Assembly: GCA_000182565.2 (NCBI GenBank)
Contig: KQ257453.1
Source of the DNA: Spizellomyces punctatus DAOM BR117
Lineage: Eukaryota
Strand: one strand, 5' to 3'
DNA length: 64,000 nucleotides
A model generated the notes under the pieces. The model saw only the letters and a program-made list of their open reading frames with translations, had not been told where the DNA came from and searched no databases. The translations under genes were made by a program, and so were the position numbers. How positions within the stretch are numbered: the stretch's first letter is position 1; each line of letters opens with the position of its first letter. This document shows, in pieces, positions 1-11,800 of this stretch.

Positions 1-484
1 TTTCCTTTCTTTTTGGTACATAATGTAGTAGCGTGAATGATAATATCTATTAACGTCAGTTGCTTCCAAAACTGCGGCCTAAGGTGCGCGAAATTAACTA
101 TGTGCGCAAAACCATGAAGCCATGGTGCGTTAACTACTCGATGGTTTCACCCATTCCAAGACCCATTTGGTGTATGAAGAGGGTATCTGTAAGGCATGTT
201 ATAGATGAATGTTTCCGCGAAAGGGCAACTTGCAGCTTGCCGCATTTTTACTTTTGTATTTTCTACTTTTGATATACATTTGATACACATGCAATTTTCT
301 AAGACAGATACAAGTCATATAGGTTACATTCCAAACCCACAACCTTCCTCTTACGCATGAGGAGCCGCATCGCCCACTGAGGAAGAGCACAATGGCACTT
401 GTTCTGGAGGATCCATTTGCTATCCTACTCTGGCATTGCAAGAGCTTGCTGGCGCCGTTGCCCCCATCGCAGAAAGTGAGACCA

Positions 485-926
485 TCAGTTGGTTGGTTTG
501 GAGGCTTTACGGGTGCGCGTAGGCTTGTGGGTCGCCTTGTGCGTAGGTTTGTGTGTCGCCTTGTGCGTAGGCTTGTGCGTCGCCTTGTGCGTAGGCTTGC
601 GGGAACGAGTGGCGGTCGGCTTCAGACTCTTGGTTACGTTACAGAATGCCGCATATTGAGGTACATTGGCACAGGGTTCTTGACAAGTGTTTTGGACAGT
701 CCAGTTTCCTATGCAACAAGCAAAAGTTAGTCCGCGCCGAAATGGAGTTTTGTACACGCGAGAAATACATACCTGTAGCGGCATTGCATTGAAGAAAGTC
801 CTTGCCTTTGCACGCGTAGGTATCTTTGCTTGGAGTGCATTTACCGCCAGCCTTGACCGCGTTGCTACCGGAGATCAAGAGAGCAATTGCCGCAAGGGCG
901 ACCAAAAGAGTAGTGAAGGCGTGCAT
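485..926 (-). CDS. Small secreted Cys-rich protein (signal peptide, 6-Cys module reminiscent of CBM19-like chitin-binding modules, KPTH/KATH repeat tail); 2 exons
   Basis: MHAFTTLLVALAAIALLISGSNA signal peptide; GT..AG intron 772-709 joins CTPSKDTYACKGKDFLQCNAATG to NWTVQNTCQEPCANVPQYAAFC; stop at 485. The family assignment is an inference from Cys spacing. Confidence 0.75.
517..600. repeat. Coding minisatellite, 7 x 12 bp (alternating KPTH/KATH)
   Basis: Alternating gcgtaggcttgt / g(c/g/t)gtcgccttgt units read directly from the sequence. Confidence 0.9.
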
Positions 927-1551
927 AATGTCTTTTCAATAACACGAATTTGATAGAGGAGATTTGGCGTGCAAGACGAGAGAAAACCTGTTTGGTGACG
1001 AGGGGGAGCTGAGAGGAGTCGTCCTTTTATGCACCGAGCGAGGAAACCCAAGAGAGAAGCAGGTTCTTCTTTTCAGAACAATCCATCCCACAGCCATCCA
1101 TTGAGAGAAATCCTTTTGGAGAAAAACAGCTGTTCTTCTTGGCATTTCGTGCTTCGATATGACGCGCGCATAGGTAAGGAACGTGTTTTCGAACGTTCTC
1201 CACCAAATGTAAGTATTATGAAGAACAAGAATATTCGATGGGGATAAGACGTTGTGACCGCGCGATGGAGGAACTCCAAATGATATGCGAATAGGCGCGG
1301 AAAGAACGCTTACCTAAATTCAAAGTCCGCAAGACCGGCTTAGCATGCGCGCGCGCGTGTTAAGATTGGAATTAGATAATGAAGACGAATGATTCAACGT
1401 AATTTTGGGACGCCAATTCTAACCCTAAGGTATTATGACATATGGACATGATCTGAGCTCAAAATCCGTAAAGGGCTCTGCTAATGACAAAAACATTGCA
1501 AAAGCAGGGAGGTGTAAGCATCCCAATTGACTTGTTTGATGCTCTTGTCTC

Positions 1552-1762
1552 TTGCCGTCGTCCACGAGATTGCGTGTGTATGGTTTTGAGGGATCAAAGT
1601 GTGCGTATGGCGCATAGTCATCTGGAGAGGGTGCGTAAGACTGGAGAAGGCGGGAGATGGCGGGGAGGGAAAAGTCTGAGCTAGTTATTTCTCTGTGGAG
1701 AGTTTGTATGAGTGTGTCAAGATCTTTGGGTATGGGGAGTGGGCTAGTCAATCAGAGTGTGG
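1552..1762 (-). pseudogene. Inverted partial duplicate of the CDO1 5' coding region
   Basis: Reverse complement aligns by eye to 4398-4608 with about 16 mismatches in 211 bp. It has no ATG, carries an AGA->TGA change at the start, and ends before the HDH iron ligands. Confidence 0.9.
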
Positions 1763-1788
1763 GTAAGTTCCCTGTTAATGCCGGCTTT

Positions 1789-3664
1789 CTATATTGTCAA
1801 TGGGGGTTCGTCACAAAAAGAGATATCAGTTTGTTTTCCCTGTGGACTCTCAATGTCTTCAAGCGTGTCAGCGCTTGGAGACATTGAAAGCAGTGGATCA
1901 TCAGGGAAAAACAAATCTGTGCGTTCCCCTGCCGCTTTCCAAAGTTGAGCTTTTGCTAACTCAAATCGAATTAGCCCCATCATTCCGTGCAGGTTGACTA
2001 ACAATGGGTTTGGTGCTGGATTATGGAACTTGAGGACAGCATCATGCTGCACCAGTTCTGTCTTGACCAGGTTCACTACTCGGTACCGGTTGTCCTGAAA
2101 AAACCGAGGATACTAAGTTTCCTGGACTCTCTTAAATGCCGTCTCGATATTGCAGTACCTTATAAATCATCCACCATTGAAGACCAAAGCAGTTATGATG
2201 AATGCCTTGATAAATGTAGATACCATTCATGGGGTTGTTAATTTCTGCCCCAGCTCGCATCAAACGAAAAAACTCTGATGGGTAAATTAACCGCGACAAG
2301 TGTGGAATCTAAACATCCGAACATCGTTAACAAAGTTCAGGATAAAGAACTAGTAAAGACGTATCCTCACGTATCGTCCAAGTGCCAATGGTATCAGGTG
2401 TGCTGCATGACACGGCGCATTGTGAACTCCGGTGATCGCACATTGGCGATCCTCCCTTCCCATGATCTACATATATGAAGCGATACGTTATTAATGTTTC
2501 CATGTAGATTCGAACAATGATTTTTAAACCTCTTCTGTGAAAGCCGGGGAGTGGCCCAGCACCGCTGCTTTCTGGAATTGCCATGGGAAGGCCGGAAAAA
2601 GAGCATAGATGCTCTTATGGCTCGGAGAGCCAATATTTGAGTTCGTTGCTGGATTCCGTGGGGTCCCAGAAGGCCAATAATAGGGTGAGGCTGCCTCTTG
2701 TCCACTGTGAACTAGATGCCAAATGAGTATCTGGAAACGCGTGAATGAAGGATTAATGCATTTACATCTTTGTCCGAGCCAATATTTGAGTTCGTTGCTG
2801 GATTCCGTGGGGTCCCAGAAGGCCAATAATAGGGTGAGGCTGCCTCTTGTCCACTGTGAACTAGATGCCAAATGAGTATCTGGAAACGCGTGAATGAAGG
2901 ATTAATGCATTTACATCTTTGTCCGAGCCAATATTTGAGTTCGTTGCTGGATTCCGTGGGGTCCCAGAAGGCCAATAATAGGGTGAGGCTGCCTCTTGTC
3001 CACTGTGAACTAGATGCCAAATGAGTATCTGGAAACGCGTGAATGAAGGATTAATGCATTTACATCTTTGCAGCTCACGATCAATGTCATCGAATATATG
3101 CACTAGAGCCATGGTGCATAATTCCGCATTGTCTTTGCACTCCTTCTGGGCAAGGCTCACAACTTCCGCCAGGTTGGTTGCCCAGCCATTCTTTGCGAGT
3201 ATGTTTCACACTATTGCCAAGTATGGTCTCACATACACCGGTTCATTAGTGTCCTTGGGGAGAGTGTTTAAAATGCAAAGATACTGATCCATTATGCTGT
3301 CAAGAGGATTAAAAAAAAGACAATCCGCACAAGAAGGGGGGATACTTACTTTCTTTTATAACTTGGAAACGAACCAAAGTGTTAGTAATCTGTACAATGA
3401 TGATCTATAAAGGGAATTGGCGCGACCCTATAGATAGTTTACATCTATAAATATAGCCATGTGTTTATTGTTTCTAAATCTAAGTAGGAAACATCGCAGC
3501 AGTTTCAATTTCATGCTTGTTTGGTATGCAAGTTGTTTGCGGGTCAGACATGGCCGTCGCTTGAGTGAATGACTAATATTTCGTATTCCATCCATTTGAT
3601 GCGTGCCTGACAAAATCCGAGCGTTCTGGGCAGTTTCTTCTATTGCAGATTGTTGTGGTTGCAT
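1789..3664 (-). pseudogene. Multi-exon HNH endonuclease (HNH_2 / Crinkler CR-HNH-like) gene, frameshifted as assembled by a 149-bp triplication
   Basis: Phase-consistent GT-AG splicing gives AFTEE|IMGREDRQCAITGVHNAPCHAAHLIPLALGRY|IPHL...EINNPMNGIYIYQGIHHNCFGLQWWMIYK|DNRY...PAPNPLLVNLHGMM...KAAGE. This matches the RDxxCxITG/AAHIIP/NG..H/PxPxLLxxH pattern of fungal HNH_2 nucleases. The 5' exons are less certain and there is a TGA at 3206-3208. Confidence 0.7.
2627..3070. repeat. Perfect tandem triplication, period 149 bp
   Basis: Identical units start at 2627, 2776 and 2925 (gagccaatatttgagttcg...tacatctttg) and are joined by 'tcc'. Confidence 0.97.
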
Positions 3665-3923
3665 TATTTAACTCGCCATATTCATGCCTGCGCATGACGA
3701 TAGTTCAAATTGGCTGATGATGTCAGGAAACGCTTTGTCTGCTGCACAATCAGGATATCTCCCGCCCTAATTCAGCTTATAAAATCATTGCTCTGCGCAA
3801 ACTCCACGACAGATAGATACATCATAAGCGTTCAATTGACACAGCTTTGATTACGGCGTTGGACGAAGAACACCCAGCGGAAAGGGAAACCCGCGGCCCA
3901 TTGAGCCCATTGACAGCTCTGCA

Positions 3924-4256
3924 TGAGTCACACAGACCCCACACATTCGTCCACAACTACCCCACAAATCTACCCCACAATGCTCGATGCTGATTGGCTG
4001 TTACCCCACCGCCACACGACCATGCGGGCTGTTCTTCCGATCCAAAACTTGCAATTTGTTTATCGCACTTTGCCCCGGCTGACTTTTTTTGTAAATTTGG
4101 AACACTTTGCTAAAGAAGGTCAGGGCATTAGCAGTCATATGGGCTTTATCCACGGTCGATGTGGTTTTACCCTTTGGCTATTTTGTTTTGGTTTTTGAGC
4201 CAGACGCAATTTTCCTGAATATTCTCTGGGGACCAGGAACCCCCAGACTATAAAAA
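3924..4256 (+). promoter_or_regulatory. Putative CDO1 promoter: TGAGTCA (AP-1/Gcn4-type), clustered SYGGRG (CreA/Mig1-type) sites, TATA box
   Basis: TGAGTCA at 3924; CCCCAC at 3937, 3960, 3973 and 4004; inverted tctgggg/ccccaga at 4225-4247; TATAAAAA at 4249. Function is inferred from consensus only. Confidence 0.4.
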
Positions 4257-4366
4257 GGGCGACCGCTAGCAGTTTATCCCCTTCGCATCAGCATTAAACA
4301 AAGGAAGCCCTCTTCAAAGAATTTCTCGCCCATTTTTGTAATTTCCTCTGTCAAGCACCCGCACCC

Positions 4367-5210
4367 ATGTCATCCACGACTACGTCCACCGAAGCAACCA
4401 CGCTCAGATTGACCAGCCCGCTTCCCACACCCAAAGATCTCGAGGCACTCATCCAAACTCTCCACAGAGAAATAACTAGCTCAGACTTTTCCCTCCCCGC
4501 CATCACCCGCCTTCTCCAGTCCTACACACCCTCTCAAGATGACTATGCGCCATACGCACACTTTGATACCTCAAAACCATACACACGCAATCTCGTCGAC
4601 GACGGCAACGGCCACTTCAATCTCATGATACTCTGCTGGACTCAAGGCAAGGCGTCGCCTATTCACGATCATGCTGGTGCGCATTGCTTGATGAAGATTC
4701 TGGATGGCGAGCTGTGTGAGACGCAGTATGAATGGCCAAAAGAGGATGAAGCATGTGGGAACAGTCCCATGAGAGTCAAGAAGCAGACCGTCCATGGAGC
4801 TAATCAGGTGGCTTACATTCATGGTGAGATACAATGTGCTGTCCGCTGCTCCGCATCTTTGTTTATGAAGGGACTGAACCTTCTCCGGCCAAGCAGATCA
4901 GATTGGCCTGCACCGGATCTCGAACCCTTCATCCACTCGACCCGCCATATCGTTGCACCTCTACACTCCGCCGTTTGACTATTGTAAGACATTCTGTGAA
5001 AGTACCGGGCAGGCTCGTACCTCAGGTCGGTGTGTGTTCTATCGCGACTTTACAAAGAAGAACAAGCAGGAAGCACAGCAATTCCCGTTGCCTAATCCAC
5101 GAGCAGTTCCCAATGTGGATGTAGCCGGAGCTGCTGCGACTGCCGCCTGTGGAGGCCAGATGGATATGTCACTGAGAAGCCAAAGGCCAATGTTTGTTCC
5201 ATCAAAATGA
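4367..5210 (+). CDS. CDO1: Cysteine dioxygenase (2 exons)
   Basis: YTRNLVDDGNG, SPIHDH..HC, GLHRISNP and SLHLYTPP motifs. The His ligands and the Cys-Tyr crosslink residues are present. Confidence 0.95.
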
Positions 5211-5288
5211 GCTTGGGCATCGCTTTGGGCTGTTTGTTACAACTTGAAATTCTCAATAATACCACTGCCTATACACACCATTGAAGCG

Positions 5289-7561
5289 CTAGGCTAAAAC
5301 TGGGCACTTGAATATACTCTCTATCTGTTCTTCCCCAAGGATCTGATCCTTTCTCATCATGCCATCTATAATGTCCTCAACATAGGAAGGCTTGCGCATC
5401 CCAACCAATACACACCCACCACTTTTTTCTAGACCCTCAGCTGGATCAGCCCCCGCAACATTTGACACCCAAAGGGCAGATCGTGCTACGTGTGCAGCAG
5501 TCGAGGCCAACGAGCTCTCCGCTTTTATTCGGCCAGGTGCAAGGGCAGCCAACAATTTTGCGAGGTCTTCATTGCTTCGGAGTAAAGATACTGCACATAA
5601 TCGAAGGAAGGTCTCGGAAAGGGTCTGGAAGTTCTGTTGCGTACGTTACATTAGAATGCAAACCCAGTGCAAATATATAAATCTTGACTTCCAACCTCTC
5701 CATACTGTCGAGCCCACTCTACAACTTCTTCTTCGTTATGCGCGTCTCGAACGCTGTTCCGCAATGTCTGCAGGTCTGCCACTAAACCAGGTTGAACTTG
5801 TCGTTTCAAATAATATTTTGCGGCAAAAAGATTCTGTGCTAGTCTTGACAAGTTATCCGACAGAACCTGCAACGAAAATAGTTAGACTAAGGTCAGGGTG
5901 TTGATGAATCCTCGTATGATTAAACGACGCTGTACCTGACCCCACACGAATTTCGCCACAAGAGCGGTGTCTTCTGGTGTACCGCCCACTACGCGACGAA
6001 GATGTCAGTTCTGACTACAACATGTAACTGGCGCGCTAACGGTGCGGGATCTGCAACTCACGCATTTCAGGCAGAACAACTTCTAAACCAGAAACGGCTT
6101 CGAACGCCTTGGTTAGGTCGTGCATAATCCCCGGTTCATCTATTTCATGAATAGGCATTTTAACATCCAGAAAGTGAAATGCTAGCAATACGTTTTTACC
6201 GACCTTCAACGGCCACGCCAAGGGCAGTGGAGAGCACGCGAATCTGACCGCCAGCAATCGCATAGAGCGGCCTATGCGTGAACTGGAACAACTCGTTATT
6301 ATGCGCAATTTCCATAAGGGATGGTGAACCGTCGAACCACTGAGTATACGCGTCACGTTCAAAGAGGTTGAAAGGGTACTGTATTGCGACAAAATTACGA
6401 AGATTAACGTCGGCTCGGGCAAGGGCGGTGAGAATAGAATCTAATTGGAGGTGGTCGGGAGCAGTACGAACGGGGAGAGAGTGGGAGCAGATGCCGTAGC
6501 TTCCTATTCGGCCTATGGATGTTCAAAAAAGTAAGCAACTGTGGATGGTAAACCATTTTCTGCCTTGCCGCCTCTGCTTGCCTCGTTCGACTTCTTTGTC
6601 AAGATGTGTTGCGGCTTTCGCTATTAAGTCATACACTTGATGTACCGAGTATGGCTGGAGTTGCAGAATCTCAGCAATGTAACGAACCATAAAATGAACA
6701 AAACTCATCCATACTCTGTCTTTCGCAAGCATCATCCTCTCGGGATTATTCAACATAAACGTGTCAATGGTCTCCAACCCAAGTCTCTTCAACGATGCTG
6801 TGATCTCCCTTTCCAAAAAGGCGGGAGAAAGGGAATGCGCCGTGCGGTCAGCAACAACTGTGTGATCTACGTCGAGATAATTTGGAAAGTTCGCGCTTGT
6901 GATATATCCGGCCTTGGTGACGATGACTACGGACTACTTTATGATGATTTCGGGATCAATAACAACATTTAATGTGCCCGGAAAAGATATTTAGGACGTA
7001 CCTCCCGCTCCAACAGTTCTTCATTTATCCTCTTGTCCAAAACTCGTCCGATCAGCTCTTCAGAGCTCCCTAACAGGTTGAAATGCTCAGTCATTACCAG
7101 CTCAAACGCCGGTTTGAGAGATCACTTTCTCTCACCGTTTTCAAAATGGCTACTGGTGTCAATTACATTGATCCCAGATTCCAATGCAAGTGACAATGCA
7201 TTTTCATGTTCCTCAACGTCCTTCCGTATCCGATACCCGCCAAAACCACTAGCAGAGACTGTCCAGCCTAGAAATTCACGTCAATGATCTGCATATTACA
7301 TGCCGCGCACGCCGCAAAACGCAACGCCTTCTCACCAGTCTTGGGAACATTGGAGTAAGCTAGCGAAGCAAACTGTTCAGCGTACCGCTTTGTGCCCTCC
7401 ACTGTCGCCCTGCCAGCATGAAGGCCACGACCCAATAGTGCTGGATATTATACAAAATCTTAAGATACAGTTTGCCTTGCAAAAACCTATCTACACTCGG
7501 TCATATTCAGCATCTCACCCAGTGGTTTTGAGGCCGATCGCACTGTGAATCTAAACAGCAT
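5289..7561 (-). CDS. Aldo/keto reductase-fold protein, multi-exon, with a probable mitochondrial presequence
   Basis: SGFGGYRI, ALESGINVIDTSSHF, SEELIG, VIVTKAGY, SLKRLGLETIDTFMLNNPE and VLVGMRKPSYVED motifs. The start MLFRFTVRSASKPL at 7561 is inferred. Confidence 0.85.
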
Positions 7562-7867
7562 CTTGCCGAAAAACTCTGAAGATCTTTCATGTCATTATCT
7601 TTAAAAATGATGTTAAATAAGCCATAATATTAAAACCCGGGTGATAACCTTGCCGCTTCTTCAAATCCAAACCCCAACACGTCGCCCCGCTTCCAGACCT
7701 CTTTGCCACGTAGCATCTCTTGTTCCTGTGAGTGGCATTAGATTTCTAAATTTTTAAAGAATCTCGAGGAACATCCTTCCGCGACCTTCAGCTCACCACG
7801 TCCTTCTAGCCTCCGTCGGTCGTTTCCTTTTGTGGCGCCAAAAGACCAATCAAGACTACACGCGTAG

Positions 7868-8622
<755 letters not shown>

Positions 8623-8809
8623 AGATTATCGCTGTAATGGAAAATTGAAATATACGTATTTGAATCCATCATGACAGAGCAAATTCTGTGCTTCTCCCCA
8701 CTATGCTCCCATTAACTCTGGCATCAACAGACAGGGAGGACTGTTATGTAAATTATTGTTTCCAAATGTACATAATTTCCACTTTCCAAACACTACTGGG
8801 TCACCTTTT

Positions 8810-11800
8810 TTACTCTGTTCGTTCCTCAGCCCTACTCAAATAACCCATTTCTTGCTTGTATGCCAAAATCTCCGCCTCAGTCAGACGATCCGCTCCCGTC
8901 CAAGCAGAGCTTTGTCGTGCGCGGAACTGCTTACTGCGCTTCATACCTTCTCGGAAGACGTCTAGCCAGAAAATATGGTGTCAGTGATAGTCGTTGACCT
9001 CAATGCTCCAGCCTTTTAGCACCGACCTTCCAAGGGTGGCGCAGCACTGGGACCACCAAAGACCATGTCAGGATCTGTCTTCTCATGTGCCATCAGAAGC
9101 TTCATGAGTTCAGGAGTTTGAACCCAATCGGGCTCGTCCTTTCTTTTCTGCTTGGGCCGTGGCGTCTTCTCGCTGTCGCTTGACTCTAGATCAGAGTCAG
9201 AGTAACTGTTGAAATCAGAAAAAAACATTTGTTACAATATCGCTTTGGGCCAAATGTACTGCAATATCCCAACGTCGTATCGACAACTTACTCTGAAGGA
9301 GGTTCCGGCAAGTTGCCATTCTCATCAACAATAGTGGTTGGCCCTTTTTCCTTGTTCTCAGGCTTCCGGTGAGGAACGGAACCGGTATCTGAAGATGACT
9401 TTGCACTCTTGTTTTCATTTGACTCTCCATAATCATACAAGCTGCCCAGCACTGGATTCTGTATAGGGGCATGGCACGAGTCGCTTGATGCAGTCGTGTT
9501 GCTAACACTCAAGATTGTCTTATTAGCCGCCTTGGTGGTAGATGCTTGCACGTACAACTAAAAACACGACGAATTTACGCACGAAATGAGTTATTGATCG
9601 GCAAGAGGACACAGAACATCTGAATATACCTCTTCGGATGCAGCTTGACTGGATCGTGCAATGGAAGCCTTGACGGGTTGGACTTTCTTCACAGGTTTAG
9701 CAGCGCCCACGGGTTCACCTTTTGATGCGGTTGGTATTCCCTGTTAAAGGCACAGATAAGCAAATTGTAAACTATTTGTTAATCAAGCTGGAACTTACAG
9801 AGCGCACAATCTTTGCATTGTTCTCATCCTTGTTCGCTCCGCGGGTTCTCTCCTCATCTGCCTGTCTCCGTTCGGCTGCTTGTTGCATGCGCTCCGCGTT
9901 TTTCTTCCTTAAGGCCTCCTCCTCCTTTTATGCCAGAATTAGCAGCTATTACAATGGGGATCTCCCCCCCCCCCAGCCTTAAAACGACGAAAAACTCACC
10001 TGCTTCTTTCCTTGTATTGTGGCTTCAACACGGCGGGTCTTCTCCTCTTCCCGTTTTCTAATTTCCTCAATTCGTCGCTGTTCTTCCTCTTGTTTTCGCT
10101 GTAGAGCTAGCTTTGTCCGCTCATTCTTGTCGACTGCTCGTTGCGCACGACGTTCCTTGCTTTCTTGCTCCTATTACCATCACTATTCAGATATATGAAA
10201 GTTATTATCGCCGTCAAGTCCCATGCGAACCTTCTTCGCTGCAGCCGCCGCCGCTTGTAGACTTTTTATTTCCGTCTTTGACTTGGTACCGGCGGAGTTA
10301 ACCTTTGGAATAAATGACCCGGAAGAAAGCGTAGCAAGCGAAGATCGCTGTGTGGCACATTCACAGGCGGAATTAGAATCGTAAACGCAGCAGCTAAGCA
10401 GATAGCTCACATATCACATACGATTGTATCCATTACACCACCAAATCGGGAGCTGGGTTTAACTGGTATCTCTTTTCGTGGGGTTTCCTCCACCTCAGTT
10501 TCTTCGTGTTCCACAGACTCCTCTTGTTCAGGTTGGCGAGGAGATGGCCTCGGAGTCTCATCGTCATCTAAGATCCGTTCCTCTTCACCATGGTCACCAC
10601 GTAATGGTTGCAGATCGATACTTTCTTGGCCGTCTGATCGCCCCTCACCCTCCTCAATCTCCATGGATTCCTCCTCATAAACGCCGTCCTCCCCTGTTCT
10701 ACCCCCTTCATAGTCGATATATTCAGTAATTTCTTCCTCATATGCGGGCTCAGATAACAGCGGGTCACGACAGATGGACAGTTCGGTCACCTCGGCCTCC
10801 GGTATCGGCTGGGAGAGAGTATTGGTGAAAGAAATGTGACTAGGAGCGTCCGCATAGGTTGATTGAGCCGAGTCTTGCCGTTCAAGCAACGTTAAGATAC
10901 CGTTATTTTCCAAAGGTAGGCTGCCAAGTGCTGTACGGACCAAAGATAGCTGCCGCGCCGATGGCTGATCAATGAAGAAGAAATGTGTTAAGTGACTACC
11001 ACTCAATAACGTGTGAAAAAATGTGTTGAAGGCGGACCTTATGCTGGCCATCTGGCACATCCTGTGAAGGACGAGGCTCTTGGGCGTCAAACCAAGCTGA
11101 ATGGCCTTCAGAGACGGCCATGGAGATATCAATCGCCTCCACATCATCCATCTGATCCGTTTCTGTTCTTTGACATGCAGGTGTCTCCGTACTCGTGCCT
11201 TTCATTGGAGGCAATGGATCGGACACTGAGTGTGCTCCATTCCGAACGGCATCCAACTTGAAGGTGTCAGATATCACCCTCGATTCCAGGGATACTTCGT
11301 CAGAATGCCTTTGTACACTGGATGCCACATCGCGGGGAAGAGGAGCTGGTGTTTGCTGTGAGGCCAATCTCTTGTTTCTTTCCTCCAAGCCCTGTTTAAG
11401 TTTTTGGTACGGTCCGGAAAAGATGGTTTGACTCCATTGCTGCTCTCGCGACTGTCTGTCGGAATCTGCTTGGCTGGCGATCCTCGCAAACAGTGCGGCT
11501 GGGTCATCAGGATCAGACAGCCGTTGAGTGGCCAAGGATGCTATTGAATCTCGCGTCAATGATATTGATCGCTCTGATTCTGCAGTGCTCTCATTCCTTA
11601 GGGATGCCGCTGGACCTGTGGCCTCGTTGTCTAACACGCTGTCTAACACGCTAATATCGGACTCCCGCGCGTCGGTGATTTTGACACCCATCTGTCCAGA
11701 CATATCAACTGTTGTCCGGCCTGGTGAACCTGATCGTGGGCCGTTTCCTGCTTGTCGCGGTGGGAAAAATTCATCGGATTCTTCCTCAATGCGGGAGGCT

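Noticed and set aside
1343..1360. Alternating purine-pyrimidine (CG)n tract, possible Z-DNA
   Set aside because: Short simple repeat with no supporting context.
2095..2530. Many stop codons suggesting a heavily decayed or RIP-mutated HNH pseudogene
   Set aside because: The stops fall inside GT-AG introns whose removal keeps the frame and the motifs.
2627..3070. CRISPR-like array
   Set aside because: The units are contiguous identical 149-mers with no unique spacers, and the context is eukaryotic with no cas genes.
3206..3208. In-frame TGA as selenocysteine or readthrough
   Set aside because: No redox motif or SECIS is present. A short intron or a nonsense mutation explains it more simply.
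11628..11651. 12-bp tandem duplication in INCENP
   Set aside because: In-frame SVLD duplication in a disordered region, which is ordinary slippage.
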